From: Piromyces finnis finn
Taxonomy: Eukaryota > Fungi > Neocallimastigomycota
Length of the DNA: 27,040 bases
NCBI GenBank assembly: GCA_002104945.1
Contig: MCFH01000142.1
Coordinates: 1 to 27,040 of the forward strand
Reading direction: 5' to 3'
Shown here: positions 10,521 through 21,632 of the stretch, piece by piece
Layout: the number at the start of each line of letters is the position of its first letter
Position numbering within the stretch: the first letter of the stretch is position 1
Notes under the pieces: model-generated
Told to the model about the DNA's origin: nothing
Database searches by the model: none
Seen by the model: the letters and a program-made list of their open reading frames with translations, nothing else
Program-made: the position numbers and the translations under genes

Positions 10521-13500
10521 ATAAAGAATCTATTAGCTCGTTATTCCTTTTAATATAAGGTTCTAGCTGGGAGATATGAAATACCGGATGAATTCGCATA
10601 GATTCTGGTAATTCCAAACGGTAGTTCATTCTATCCCTTTTTTCAATAATTTTGAAAGGTCCTAAATATTGAGAAGATAGTTTTTTTGAAGGCTCATTTG
10701 TAAAATAGTGTCTTTTAAGCCATACCATATCATTCACATTCAATATAGGACCAGATGATTTTTTAGAATCTGAATATTTTTTGAAATCATCTTTTGCTTT
10801 CGCTAGTTGTGACTTTAGTGCATTGAAATGAGATGACCAGTCTCTCAATAAATTAGATGCATTGTCTTTTAAAAGAATTGGAGGTGAGCTAATATCGCAA
10901 CTAGGATTGAATCCGTAGTTAGCAAAAAAAGGAGACTTACCTGTGGATTTGTGTAGGGAGTTGTTGTAAGCAAATTCACAAAGGGGTAGATAATAACACC
11001 ATTCACTTTGACTTGTTGAACAGTAGCATCTTAAATATTGCTCTACTACAGCATTTGCTCTTTCTATTTGGCCATTGGATTGTTGATGAAATGCGGTAGC
11101 AATATTTGGTTTAATATTAAGAGTAGAACAGAGTGAAGTCCAGAATTCTGAGGAGAACTGAGAACCGTGATCGGAAATAACGATCTTTGGGAAACCATGA
11201 TAACGGAACACATTGAATAATAAGAGTTTAGCTGTTAAGTCAGCAGAAGGAACATCAGCACAGGGCACTAGATGGATCATTTTAGTTAAGTGATCTCCGA
11301 CAACCATGATACAAGTACAATTTTGCGATGTGGGTAAAGATACTATAAAATCGACTCCAATTATTTCCCAAGGTCTATTTGGGATTGGGAGAGGCTGTAC
11401 TTTTCCATATGGCTTATGCCTGCGAGTTTTACATTTCCCACATATAATACATGAAGAAACGTAATTTTGGATATCCCTCTTCATATTCGGCCACCAGTAG
11501 TAACGTTTAATTCGATCTAAGGTTTTATCAATACCACTATGGCCACTTAGAGGGTTGTCATGAAATTTTCTAAGAATTCCTGCCCTGAGGGGAGATGGTA
11601 AAATAATCCGATTTTGGAAATGCAATACGCCATCAATAAGACTAAATAAAGAACTTTTTATATTGTTTGACTTATCTTTAATTTTTTCCAAAGTCTCTTT
11701 GCAGAATTTATCGTCCTTTTGGGCTTCAATAAGGCCACTAATACTGTCACGGATTGTGCAGCAAAAGGCTTCTTCTTTAAGCAAAGGACTATTTGTACCA
11801 GTCTTATTTCTTTTGTTAATCTGGACGTCTTGAAAGTGCATCTGGTTTTACCCCCTCTAGCTCCTGGCCTAAAAATATTCTATAGTCAAATTTAGATAGA
11901 AACATACTCCAGCGTATCTGTCTCTGTTAAGATGTTGAGGTTTTTTAAAATACAATAAATTTCGGTGATCCGTAATAATTGCACAGGATAATTTGGCACC
12001 CTCAAGATGATGCCTCCAGATGTCGAATGCCGTGATTATTGCGAGTAGCTCTTTGTCGTATATAGTATAATTAAATTCAGCGTTACTTAAAGATCTTGAA
12101 TAAAAAAGCGACTGGATGTAATAGATTATCGGCTTCAGATATTTGGGAAATAATACATCCTAAAGCAAAGTCGCTTGCGTCTGTTTCTACTACAAATTCC
12201 TTTTCAGGGTCAGGGAAAATAAGAAGTTCATTTTCTAAAAAGGAATTCTTTAGCTTATTAAATGCTTCATTAATAGAACCATCCCATTTGAATTCAGAAT
12301 TCTTCTTAAGGAGTTTGCGGAGCGGTTCCATTATTCCAGCGAAGTTTTTTATAAATTCTATAGAAATGCACAATCCTAAAAAACTTTGAAGTTCTTTAAG
12401 ATTTTTCGGGACAGGCCACTCAATTATTGATTTCACTTTGTTTTTGTCCATTGTTAGCCATTCGTAGAAACAGTAAAACCGAGGAAAGTAGTTTCTTTCA
12501 CGTGAAACTCGCATTTCTCTAACTTTGCGTAAAGGCTGTTTTTTGCTAATGTATTTAAGATCTGTTTTACGTGTTTGATATGGTCAGATTCGTTTCGGGA
12601 GTATATAATAATGTCGTCTAGATATACTTGGGCAAAGACACCAATAGCATCAGATAGAATGTCCTGAATAAATCTTTGGAATACTGAAGGAGCATTCCGG
12701 AGTCCGAAAGGCATTACTAAATATTCAAAATGGCAATTGGCGTTCTAAAAGCTGTTAAATATTCATGACCTTCTTTGACCCTAACCAGATTATATGCAGA
12801 TCTGAGATCTAAGCAGAAAATAATTTAGCCCCTCTAAACGACTCTATTAAGTCATTTATTTTAGGAATCGGATAACTATTTCTTATAGTTATCGCATTCA
12901 ACCGCCTGTAGTGACACAAAGCCTAAGAGAACCGTGTTTTTTGACAAAGAGACGGGAGCACCTGCCGGAATCTCGATTTTCTTATAAATCCTTTGGAGAG
13001 GTTTTCATCAATATATGCTTTCAGGGCTTCCATTTCTTTAACCGTGAGAGAGTAAATTGGTCCATAATACAACTGACCACCTGGAATGATGTCAATTGAG
13101 ATATCATAATCACGATGCGGAGGTAATTTATCCGCATTTTTCTTCACAAAAACATTCATTTGATCATAATAATGTTTTTTGATAATATCTTCATTATCTT
13201 TCTGATTGATACTTACCTCTGGTAGATTCTCATCCATCATCGCAGCCACATATATCTGATTCATACAGTTCATCCGTGGAAATGGAGTCTGGTATTATCG
13301 AGTCATTTTCTGCTTTGTCTAACATAGATGCTGTGATTCTTTAGAATGAAAGACAAATTTGTTACCACGAGCAGAATTGCAATGATTCCCACAATATCTT
13401 TCGAGAAAGTATATTTTGTTTGTTTTATAATTAAGGAATGGGTTATGTATTGTGAGCCAATCACGACCCAAAATACCAGAAATGCCATGGAGCTGTAAAT

Positions 13501-13780
13501 TTCCAATACAGAATTCGTAAGTTTCAATGTGGTCCATGATTTTGAGTTTTAATGGTTTTGTTGATTGCTTTATTGTCATACTTTACTGTTAGGAAGTTGT
13601 ATATTGACAGGGATGTCCAATCCAAGAGTTGGTATTTTGTTTGCATTTACAAATGTTTTGCAAATGAAACTTCTTGCAGAGCCCGAGTCTATGAGAAAGT
13701 TGATCCTAATATTTCTTCCATTCAATATCAAACAGCATGTAGTGGTAATTGTTTTACCTTTATCTGGAGTATAATTCGCA
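10519..13780 (-). CDS. pol: Pol of element B (aspartic protease, RT, RNase H, integrase), split by 1-bp indels
   Basis: FLIDSGSARSF (active site codons 13678-13692), [60 protein letters not shown]. The 440-aa integrase ORF 10519..11841 has HHCC, DDE and GPF and ends at HPVFHISQLEPY...DSL. Confidence 0.95.
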
Positions 13781-14534
13781 GAAGTATATTGTTTCTTTGT
13801 TTATCTTTCGAGAATTTTGGATTTGGCTTTTCTTTCACTTCTGCTAAAGTAATTTTTCCTTTTACCATTGCTTTGTTAAATGGATTGGTTTCATTTCTTA
13901 TATAACTTTCCAGGTAGCATTTTCTATCAATATTAATTATCGCATTTGTGGCATCAAAAAGAGACTTAGGTCTATCCAATTTATCAATTCTTCCCTCACT
14001 TGTTAATTAGTCCCTTACCAATGATATCGATAAAAACCTCGTCAGGCCATCCAATCCTTCCAGCTAATCTTCTAAACTCGATAGTGTATTCCGTAACTTT
14101 ACCTAATTGGGTTTGTTTAAGTTCCCAAAGATTGTTCATAAGGACATACTTTTGTTTTTGTATATCCCCGGTCTCAAAGTTATTTAATAGTAGAGTCTTA
14201 AAATTTTCAAAACTAAGAGTTTTTAGAGTTCCGTCTACTAGAAGAGAAAGACCCCACTTTCTGGCTAATCCATCAAGTTTTCCAATGATGAAAGAATTCT
14301 TAGATTCGTCACTTGAGAAAGATTTTGGATGATCTTTAAAGAAATCTTCACTTTGAATAATAATCTCCATTATGTTATCTTTGGAACCTGCTTCTTTTTC
14401 CTTTGAAAGAACGCCATTAGGAGAAAAGAAGGTAGTATAAACTCGGTCATCGCTTCTACAAGCCTTGAAGCGGTAGGGTTACTTTCATTATCTTGAATAT
14501 TATCAAGGTTTTCTTTTGGCACAATTTCCGACAT
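13780..14534 (-). CDS. gag: Gag (Ty3-type capsid) of element B, frameshifted
   Basis: ORF 13996..14370 (GLARKWG...SFENFKTLLLNNF...LKQ...VTEYTIEFRRLAGRIGWPDE) resembles retrotransposon capsid. Likely start ATG at 14534 (MSEIVPKEN...), continuing in ORF 13728..13979. Confidence 0.8.
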
Positions 14535-14683
14535 TTTAAAGGTAGTTGATTATTATTTATCAAAAAAAAAGAAAAAAGAGAGAGAAAAAAAAAAAAATTT
14601 AAAATTAACAAAATATAATAATTTATAATATTATATATGTATATTGATTGGTGAAAAAAAAAAATTTTTTTTGTGTAACAAAG

Positions 14684-14695
14684 AAGAGTTATTAT
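14684..14695 (-). promoter_or_regulatory. Predicted self-priming primer-binding site of element B
   Basis: Minus-strand ATAATAACTCTT lies directly after the LTR end (TGTAA at 14696 on plus). It is the exact reverse complement of minus-strand AAGAGTTATTAT in the LTR (9998-9987; 14952-14942 with a 1-nt gap). Confidence 0.75.
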
Positions 14696-15456
14696 TGTAA
14701 TAATTATATATATTTATTATATAATAATAATTATTAGCTTTAAATTAATAATATAAACTATTATTAAAATGTGAAAATAAAGGTAAAATTAGAAACTTAA
14801 CTTAATGAGTTTATTATAAGAAATTATAATAAACGAAACCAAATGTATCAGAATTATTTTGTGTATTTAATAGTTTTTTTTTAATATTTATTTTATTACT
14901 TATTATTTTGTATAAAGTTATTTATTATAATTAATCTTATAATAATAATCTTGATTTCTCAAATCGAACTCAAGAGTACTATTTATATGTTTATCTATAA
15001 ATTAAAATTCTAAGAACATTCTAATCTTAACAAGAATCTTTTTAGGAAAAGACTAGAAGAAAAAACCTAAAAAGTTATTTGATTGATATCTAATCATACC
15101 AATCATCGTAATATTAAGTAAAACCGTTGATAAGGGTAAAACCTTAATATCCGATTTCCTATTACATACTAATATATAGTTGTATAATATTATTAATGTA
15201 ATTAGTATGTGTTTTTATCTTTATAATACAAGTATATATATAAATGAATGTATAAATACATAATTAAATAAATTAATTAATCTAATATAGCGAATGAATA
15301 ATTATTAACTAAATAAATATTTACAATATTTAACTTAACAAATAACTATAATAATAAATAAATATATTAATATAATCTAATGGATTAATGATATTAACTA
15401 AATAAATTATTTGTAATGTTTAATACTAAGAATAAATAATAAGTATTTATTCTACA
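14696..15456 (-). repeat. 5' LTR of element B
   Basis: Minus start TGTAGAAT at 15456 and end ...ATTATTACA at 14696. Termini are imperfect inverted repeats. Confidence 0.88.
14980..14987 (-). promoter_or_regulatory. Candidate TATA box of the element B LTR (also 10026-10033)
   Basis: Minus-strand TATAAATA begins 35 nt upstream of the sequence complementary to the PBS. TATA-like words are common at this AT content, so support comes from position. Confidence 0.55.
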
Positions 15457-15459
15457 GTT

Positions 15460-16164
15460 TGTTAAGGAACCAACAAATAATGTTATTCTTGTCATAATTA
15501 ATGATTATGACCTAATCCATTATTGTTCCTAAAATGTATGAAAACTTTACAATATTCTTATTTGTAAATTAATGTATACACTTAAATTATATTTAAAATT
15601 ATTAAGAATTATTTTTATTGAACTTAAATTTTATTTATTAAACTTAAAAATTAATTTAGTAATAATAATATATTGAAAATTATAGTTTATTGAACTTTTA
15701 GTTTAATTTATCAAGTTAATGAATTTTTATTAATTAAAATTATGAATAATATTTCTGTAAAATAGTAAAATTCTTTAGTTAAATAATTTAAAGTAAACTT
15801 TTAATGTATGTTAATCAATTTAATAATATGTATAAATATTATATAATAGTAATGTAATTTTATTATTCATTTAAAAGTAATTTAAATACTAAATTAATGT
15901 AAATAATTAAAGACTAATTCTTTTAATTAACACTACTTAATTTTTTACAAAAAGTATAAAAAGGTGTATATTACAAGAATTAGAGAATATACAGATATTT
16001 TTATTTTTATTTTATTTTTATTTTATTTTATAATTTTATATTAATATCTTAATAAAACAATTTTATTAATAAAACAATTTTCTTATTTCATTTTAATATT
16101 ATTTTGAGTATTAATAAATTTATTAATATTTTATAAATAAAAGTAAATTCCTCGAACCGTAACA
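15460..16164 (+). repeat. 5' LTR of element C
   Basis: TGTTAAGGAACC...GAACCGTAACA. Aligns to 18197-18902 with many substitutions. Confidence 0.9.
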
Positions 16165-17953
16165 GTTTTGATACGCTACTCACATAAAACATGATAAAAA
16201 CTAGCTGAATAAACACGACTTAACCCATAGTAACTTATAATAAAAATAAACAATAATAACCCTTAAAGATGAATGAATAATAATTTTATGAAAATATAAC
16301 CCTTTCTTTAAATAAATAATATTATCTTATTATATAATAAATTCTGAGTAAAAACGACCTAATAGTGATAATAATAAAATAAATTATTAAATAAAATAAA
16401 TTATTAAATAAAATAAAACGACTTAATCCAATAATGTACTAAAATAATAAAATAATAATAAATAAATAAAAATGAATAAATAAACTAAAATAAAATGATA
16501 TACATCAAATTATTAATTCTAGTGTTTATCCAAGTGTTCTTTAGAAATACTCTTAAACTTATAAATTAAAAAAATAACTAATTGAGTAATATTACTAAAA
16601 TAAACTTAAAACCTGGAAATAGAACAATAATAACAATTCCAAAGATAAAATACAGAACTCTTTATGTTTCTGTATAAAATGAGTGTTTATAATAATTGAT
16701 ACTTTTAATATTTTAATTTTGTTAAATTTTTATTTAATTTTATTTTAATTTTATTTTAATATTATTTTATTTTAAATTTTATTATTTTATTCAAGGTATT
16801 ATACATTTAATGATAGTCAATGATAATTATAATAATTTTTCTAAATTTAAACATTTTGAAGTAATAAGAAAATCAAATAAGTAATATTCTATATATTTTA
16901 TAATACTAAGACATAATTTTAATTTATTCTTTTAATTTTAATAAATAATAACATAGTTATAATAGCATTTAATAGTTAAAAATAATAATACATTAATAAA
17001 TGAAAATGTATAAAAGGAAGATAAAATTCTTCTTTATAAAGGGGGACAATAAATAGAGAATAAAAAGACCATAAACAGATAATAAATAAATTATAAAATA
17101 TAATAAAGATTAATTTAAAAACATAATAAGAGTTTATTTCGAGTTTTGAGTGATTTATTTGTTAATTATAAAACATATTTTATTTTATTTTAAATTTATT
17201 GTTTCATCATTATAATATAGAATTTATTATTTATTAAAAACATTATATTATTCACAAATATATCGGTCAACGCATCAGTTTGATAACGGATTGGTAGTTA
17301 TATACAACTTTTTAACTACTTCTTCTGTTATCTTATATTGTTTTATCTCGACAGCTATTGTACGAGCTTTAACAATATCTACTAGTTTATTAATTTATTT
17401 TAAGTTATTTTATAATTTTAATAGTTTTATTATTTTAATAATATTTATATAGAATAATAACACCAGATTATTCTATAAAATATTATTTATTATTAACACA
17501 ATAATTACAAATTAGACAAGTTTAATTTCGTTTTTATATTTTCTTTTATTTATTGTTCTTACGCTCTTTTTAACAATAATTTTTATTATATAAAAACTTA
17601 TTTTTGTCTTTAAATATTATTATGTATTCACTAATTAATTATATTAACTATTATTAAAATTTAACTTATTATTAGTAATCTAAGTCTTCTCATTTTCTAC
17701 TAAAAATTATTATTATTCTTTATATTAAAAATTATTTTTATAATTTAACCCAATCAAATATATAAATTTATAAAATATTTGATTTTATGTAAATTATATT
17801 TTTATAATAAACTATATAAAATTATTTAATAATTATTTATAATAAAATTTTCTACTAATATCAAATTTATAATATATTTATAATTATTATTTATCAACAA
17901 TTTTGGTGAAAAGTACAAAATCTTTATACGTTACACACTGTCTCGGATGAAAA

Positions 17954-18154
17954 ATGAAAAAAGATAAGAAAGAATTAGCTACTAAAGTTAATAAAGATAT
18001 AGAAGAATTAGTTAGAAATTTTAATCGAACGAAGTTAGAGCCTTATTTCGTTGAGCCACTCAAAGTCGTCAAGAAACAATTCAATACGGTTACTTTAGCT
18101 GATGTATCCACTGGAATTCAGATGAACCGAAATGTTCATCTAAAAACATTGTAA
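17954..18154 (+). pseudogene. Integrase C-terminal (GPY/F-like) remnant of element C
   Basis: KLEPYFVEPLKVVKKQFNTVTL...RNVHLK resembles the KLxPxYxGPFxV motif of Gypsy integrases and sits ~40 bp upstream of the 3' LTR. Confidence 0.65.
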
Positions 18155-18196
18155 AGTTTAACTCTGCTTTACGTAAGCAAGATCTTCGTGGGCACT

Positions 18197-18902
18197 TGTT
18201 AAGGAACCAACAAATAATGCTATTCTTGTCATAATTAATGATTATGACCTAATCCATTATTGTTCCTAAATGTATGAAAAATGTATGAAAACTTTATAAT
18301 ATTCTTATTTGTAAATTAATGTATACACTTAAATTATATTTAAAATTATTAATAATTGTTTTATTGAACTTAAATTTTATTTTATTAAACTTAAAAATTA
18401 ATTTAGTAATATTAATATATTGGAAATTATAGTTTATTGAACTTTTAGTTTAATTTATCAAGTTAATGAATTTTTATTAATTAAAATTATGAATAATATT
18501 TCTATAAACTATAAAATTCTTTAATTAAATATATTTAAGTAAACTTTAATGTATGTTAATCAATTTAATAATATGTATAAATATTTATTATAATAGTAAT
18601 GTAATTTTATTATTAATTTAAAATAATTTAAATACGAAAATTAATATAAATAATTAAAGACTAATTCTTTTAACACTACTTAGTTTTTTACAAAAAGTAT
18701 AAAAAGGTTATATTATAAAATTAGAGAATATACAGATATTTATTTTATTATTTATTTTTTTATTTTATAATTTTATATTAATATCTTAATAAAACAAACT
18801 TATTAATAAAACAATTTTTCTTATTTAATTTTAATATTATTTTGAGTATTAATAAATTTATTAATGTTTTATAAATAAAATTAAATTCCTCAAACCATAA
18901 CA
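18197..18902 (+). repeat. 3' LTR of element C
   Basis: TGTTAAGGAACC...AAACCATAACA, preceded by a weak PPT-like GTGGGCACT. Confidence 0.9.
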
Positions 18903-20509
18903 TTTTATAAATTCGTTACACTTAAGTTACATTAAGATATCAATCTGAGTGTTTGCGTCAAGATTCAGAGTGGATTTAAAGTTATAATTAAGTCTACTAG
19001 GTTAAAATAGGCTTAATTATATAGTAAATAATAATCTTTTTTTTTTTTTTTTTTAGTTTTTAAAGAATTATTTTATTTGATTTTTATAATATATATAAAT
19101 GATAATTATCAATTTTAAATATTGAATTACTATATAAAAATGAGTATTAATAATCTCACAAAGAACTTCTTAAAGTTGTTCTTTGTTCAACTTATTTATA
19201 CTTTTATTTTTAATATAATATTGATATTAATAAAGTATAATATAATATAATTTAAGTTATACATGTATAATAATATAAATGTAAATATTAATAAAATATA
19301 AAATAATAATATAATTTTCTTTAAATATCGATATTAATAAGTTGTCAAAATAATATTAATAATTATTTAAATTAATCTTATTTTACTAAATGGTTTGTTT
19401 AATATAATTACTTGTTACTCTATTTATCTCCGGGATAATAAATAGCTTTCCAATTAATATTATATTAAATAAATATTATTAGTAAATATTATTAAATTAG
19501 TATTTTAATTAATTTAATTAATAATTTCAAATTATGAAATTTCATGAAATGTCAAATTTCATGAATTGTGATTTTGACAGTTTGATATCTTTACAAAACC
19601 TCTAACAAATCAATTTGAAATGTCACAAAAAAGAAAATGCTATGATTCAGAAGAAGAGGGATACGTAGACTACATCCGTGGTCGAAAGTCAAGGTCCACA
19701 CTTTATGTGAAGAAATAGATGACATAGCCATAGTAATAGTATTAATTCTTGTAATTTTTATCATAATCAGAAAATGATTGTAGTAGTAACTTTAATAGTG
19801 ATAATATTAGTAATTGTAAAGATATAAAATATATCTTTAAATTATTTAATAATTAATTAATAATTATTAGATAATAATTTTGATATTTTAATGAAAATTT
19901 ATTTATAAAATTATTATATAAATTTTATGGAATAATTAAATAAATTAATTTTAAAATATCAAAGTTAGAAATGAAATTTGAATAAATATTTAAATTAATG
20001 GATATTAAATTTAAATATTTTAAATATTCAAATTAAATCTTAAAAAGTTTTTATTTAATTAAAATTAGTTTAATAACTTTAGCGTAATTTTAAATTAACA
20101 TTTTAATAATAAATATATAATGAATAGTATTATTAATATTTAATTAATATATAGGTAATACATGGATTGTATTCAATTTGTAGTTTACTCAAATTGAATC
20201 AAAAATGTATTTAATTAGTTTTAGTTTAGTTTTATTATTTTATTATTTAATTAAATTAGTATTAAATTAGTTTTGTTTATTTTATATTGAGTATATTAAA
20301 ATATAATCTACAAAAAATATAAATACATGTAAAATTTCATAATTTAAAACAATGTAATTGTTATTGACTAGTATTTAGTTAATAACTAAATAAATTAATA
20401 AAAGATATATTTTAAATATATTTGTTTCTTGTTTCTTTTATTTATTTTGTGTTTTTGTTTTATTGTAAAAATTTTATAATCTGTTTTAATTTTTTATAAA
20501 ATTTTTACA

Positions 20510-21632
20510 GAAATAGCGATACTAGTAATAATTAGAGCAAAAATTGTTCAAATTATAAATATAAAAGATATGACAATAACATTAACAATAGAAATTATAA
20601 AAGTTTTAATTGTTCTAGCTATAACCTTAATTATGGTACTAATTTAATTAATGATAATACATGTAAGAACTATAATAAATGTAATATTTATAATGTACGT
20701 AATCATGAAAATTCTAAAAATAAAGATTTAAAATCGGTCTTTGTTCCTTCACAATATGTTATGTTTAATGAGGTATTCAATTCAAAAAATTGTGATGTAT
20801 TACCTCCACATCATGAATACGATTGTGAGATTAAGTTAAAAGATAATTCAAATTTATTTTATTGTCCTTTGTACCCATTAACTGAAGTAGAAAGAGATGA
20901 ATTAAAAAAAATATATTAAGGAAAATTTAGAAAAAGGATTTATAAGGAAATTTTCATCCCCTGCTGGGCATCTGTGTTATTTGTGAAAAGAAAGATGATT
21001 TATTACGTCTATGTGTTGATTATAGGAGATTAAATGATATACCAATTAGAAACTCATATCCACTTCCTTTAATCGGTGATTTGTTGAACAGAGTGAAAAA
21101 AGAGCCAAGTATTATACTAAGTTGGATTTAAAGTCTGTCTATAACCTAGTATGAATTAAAGAGGACGATGAGTTCAAAACAGCCTTCAGAACAAGTTATG
21201 AGCATTTTGAATATCTCGTGATGCTATTTGGCTTAAAGAATGCTCCTGCTACCTTTTAACATTTCATTAACGATGTTCTTAGTAAATACTTAGAAGACTT
21301 TGTAATATCATATATTGATGATATTTTGATTTATTCAAATAGTCTTGAAGAACATCATGAGCATGTAAAAAAGGTTTTGAGTAAATTGTTAAATAACAAT
21401 TTGTTTGTTAAATTAGAGAAGTGAATTTGACGTCTCTGAAATAACTTTTCTTGGTTATGTGATATCAAGAGATGGATTGAAAATGGATAGTAATAAAGTT
21501 CCCACTACAGTCAAAGAAGTCCAATCATTCATTGGTTTGTGTAATTATTATAAAATATTTATTAAAGATTTTGCAAAAATTGCCGATCTTTACACAAACT
21601 TACTAGGAAAGATGTCCCATTTGTTTGGGGTT
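20510..21632 (+). pseudogene. pol: Decayed Ty3/Gypsy RT fragment (element D) with an Asn-rich upstream linker
   Basis: Hand translation gives [49 protein letters not shown] and YIDD (21311-21322). In-frame stops TGA 21152-21154 and TAA 21257-21259, plus frameshifts and a deletion. No LTRs recognised. Confidence 0.92.

Larger units (their letters stand above)
9783..15456 (-). mobile_element. Near-full-length Ty3/Gypsy LTR retrotransposon B (Tf1/sushi-like, no chromodomain)
   Basis: Direct repeats 9783-10509 and 14739-15456 flank gag, protease (IDSGS), RT (YLDD), RNase H and integrase on the minus strand. PPT and PBS both sit at the expected positions. Confidence 0.95.
15460..18902 (+). mobile_element. 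LTR element C, internally deleted or non-autonomous Ty3/Gypsy derivative
   Basis: Two ~705-bp direct repeats with TGTTAAGG...CC(G/A)TAACA termini enclose a ~2-kb AT-rich interior that ends in an integrase C-terminal remnant. Confidence 0.85.

Noticed and set aside
1455-14332. Short ORFs antisense to gag/pol (1455..1685, 2401..2658, 5890..6093, 6979..7236, 7945..8193, 12096..12389, 12911..13099, 13552..13905, 13565..13774, 14000..14332) and alternate-frame ORFs (1970..2170, 7468..7668, 13303..13527, 8361..8546)
   Set aside because: They overlap well-supported retroelement sequence, have no recognisable motifs, and several depend on non-ATG starts inappropriate for a eukaryote.
16165-16185. 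tRNA primer-binding site for element C
   Set aside because: It lacks TGG and I cannot match it to a tRNA 3' end from memory. A tRNA search is needed.
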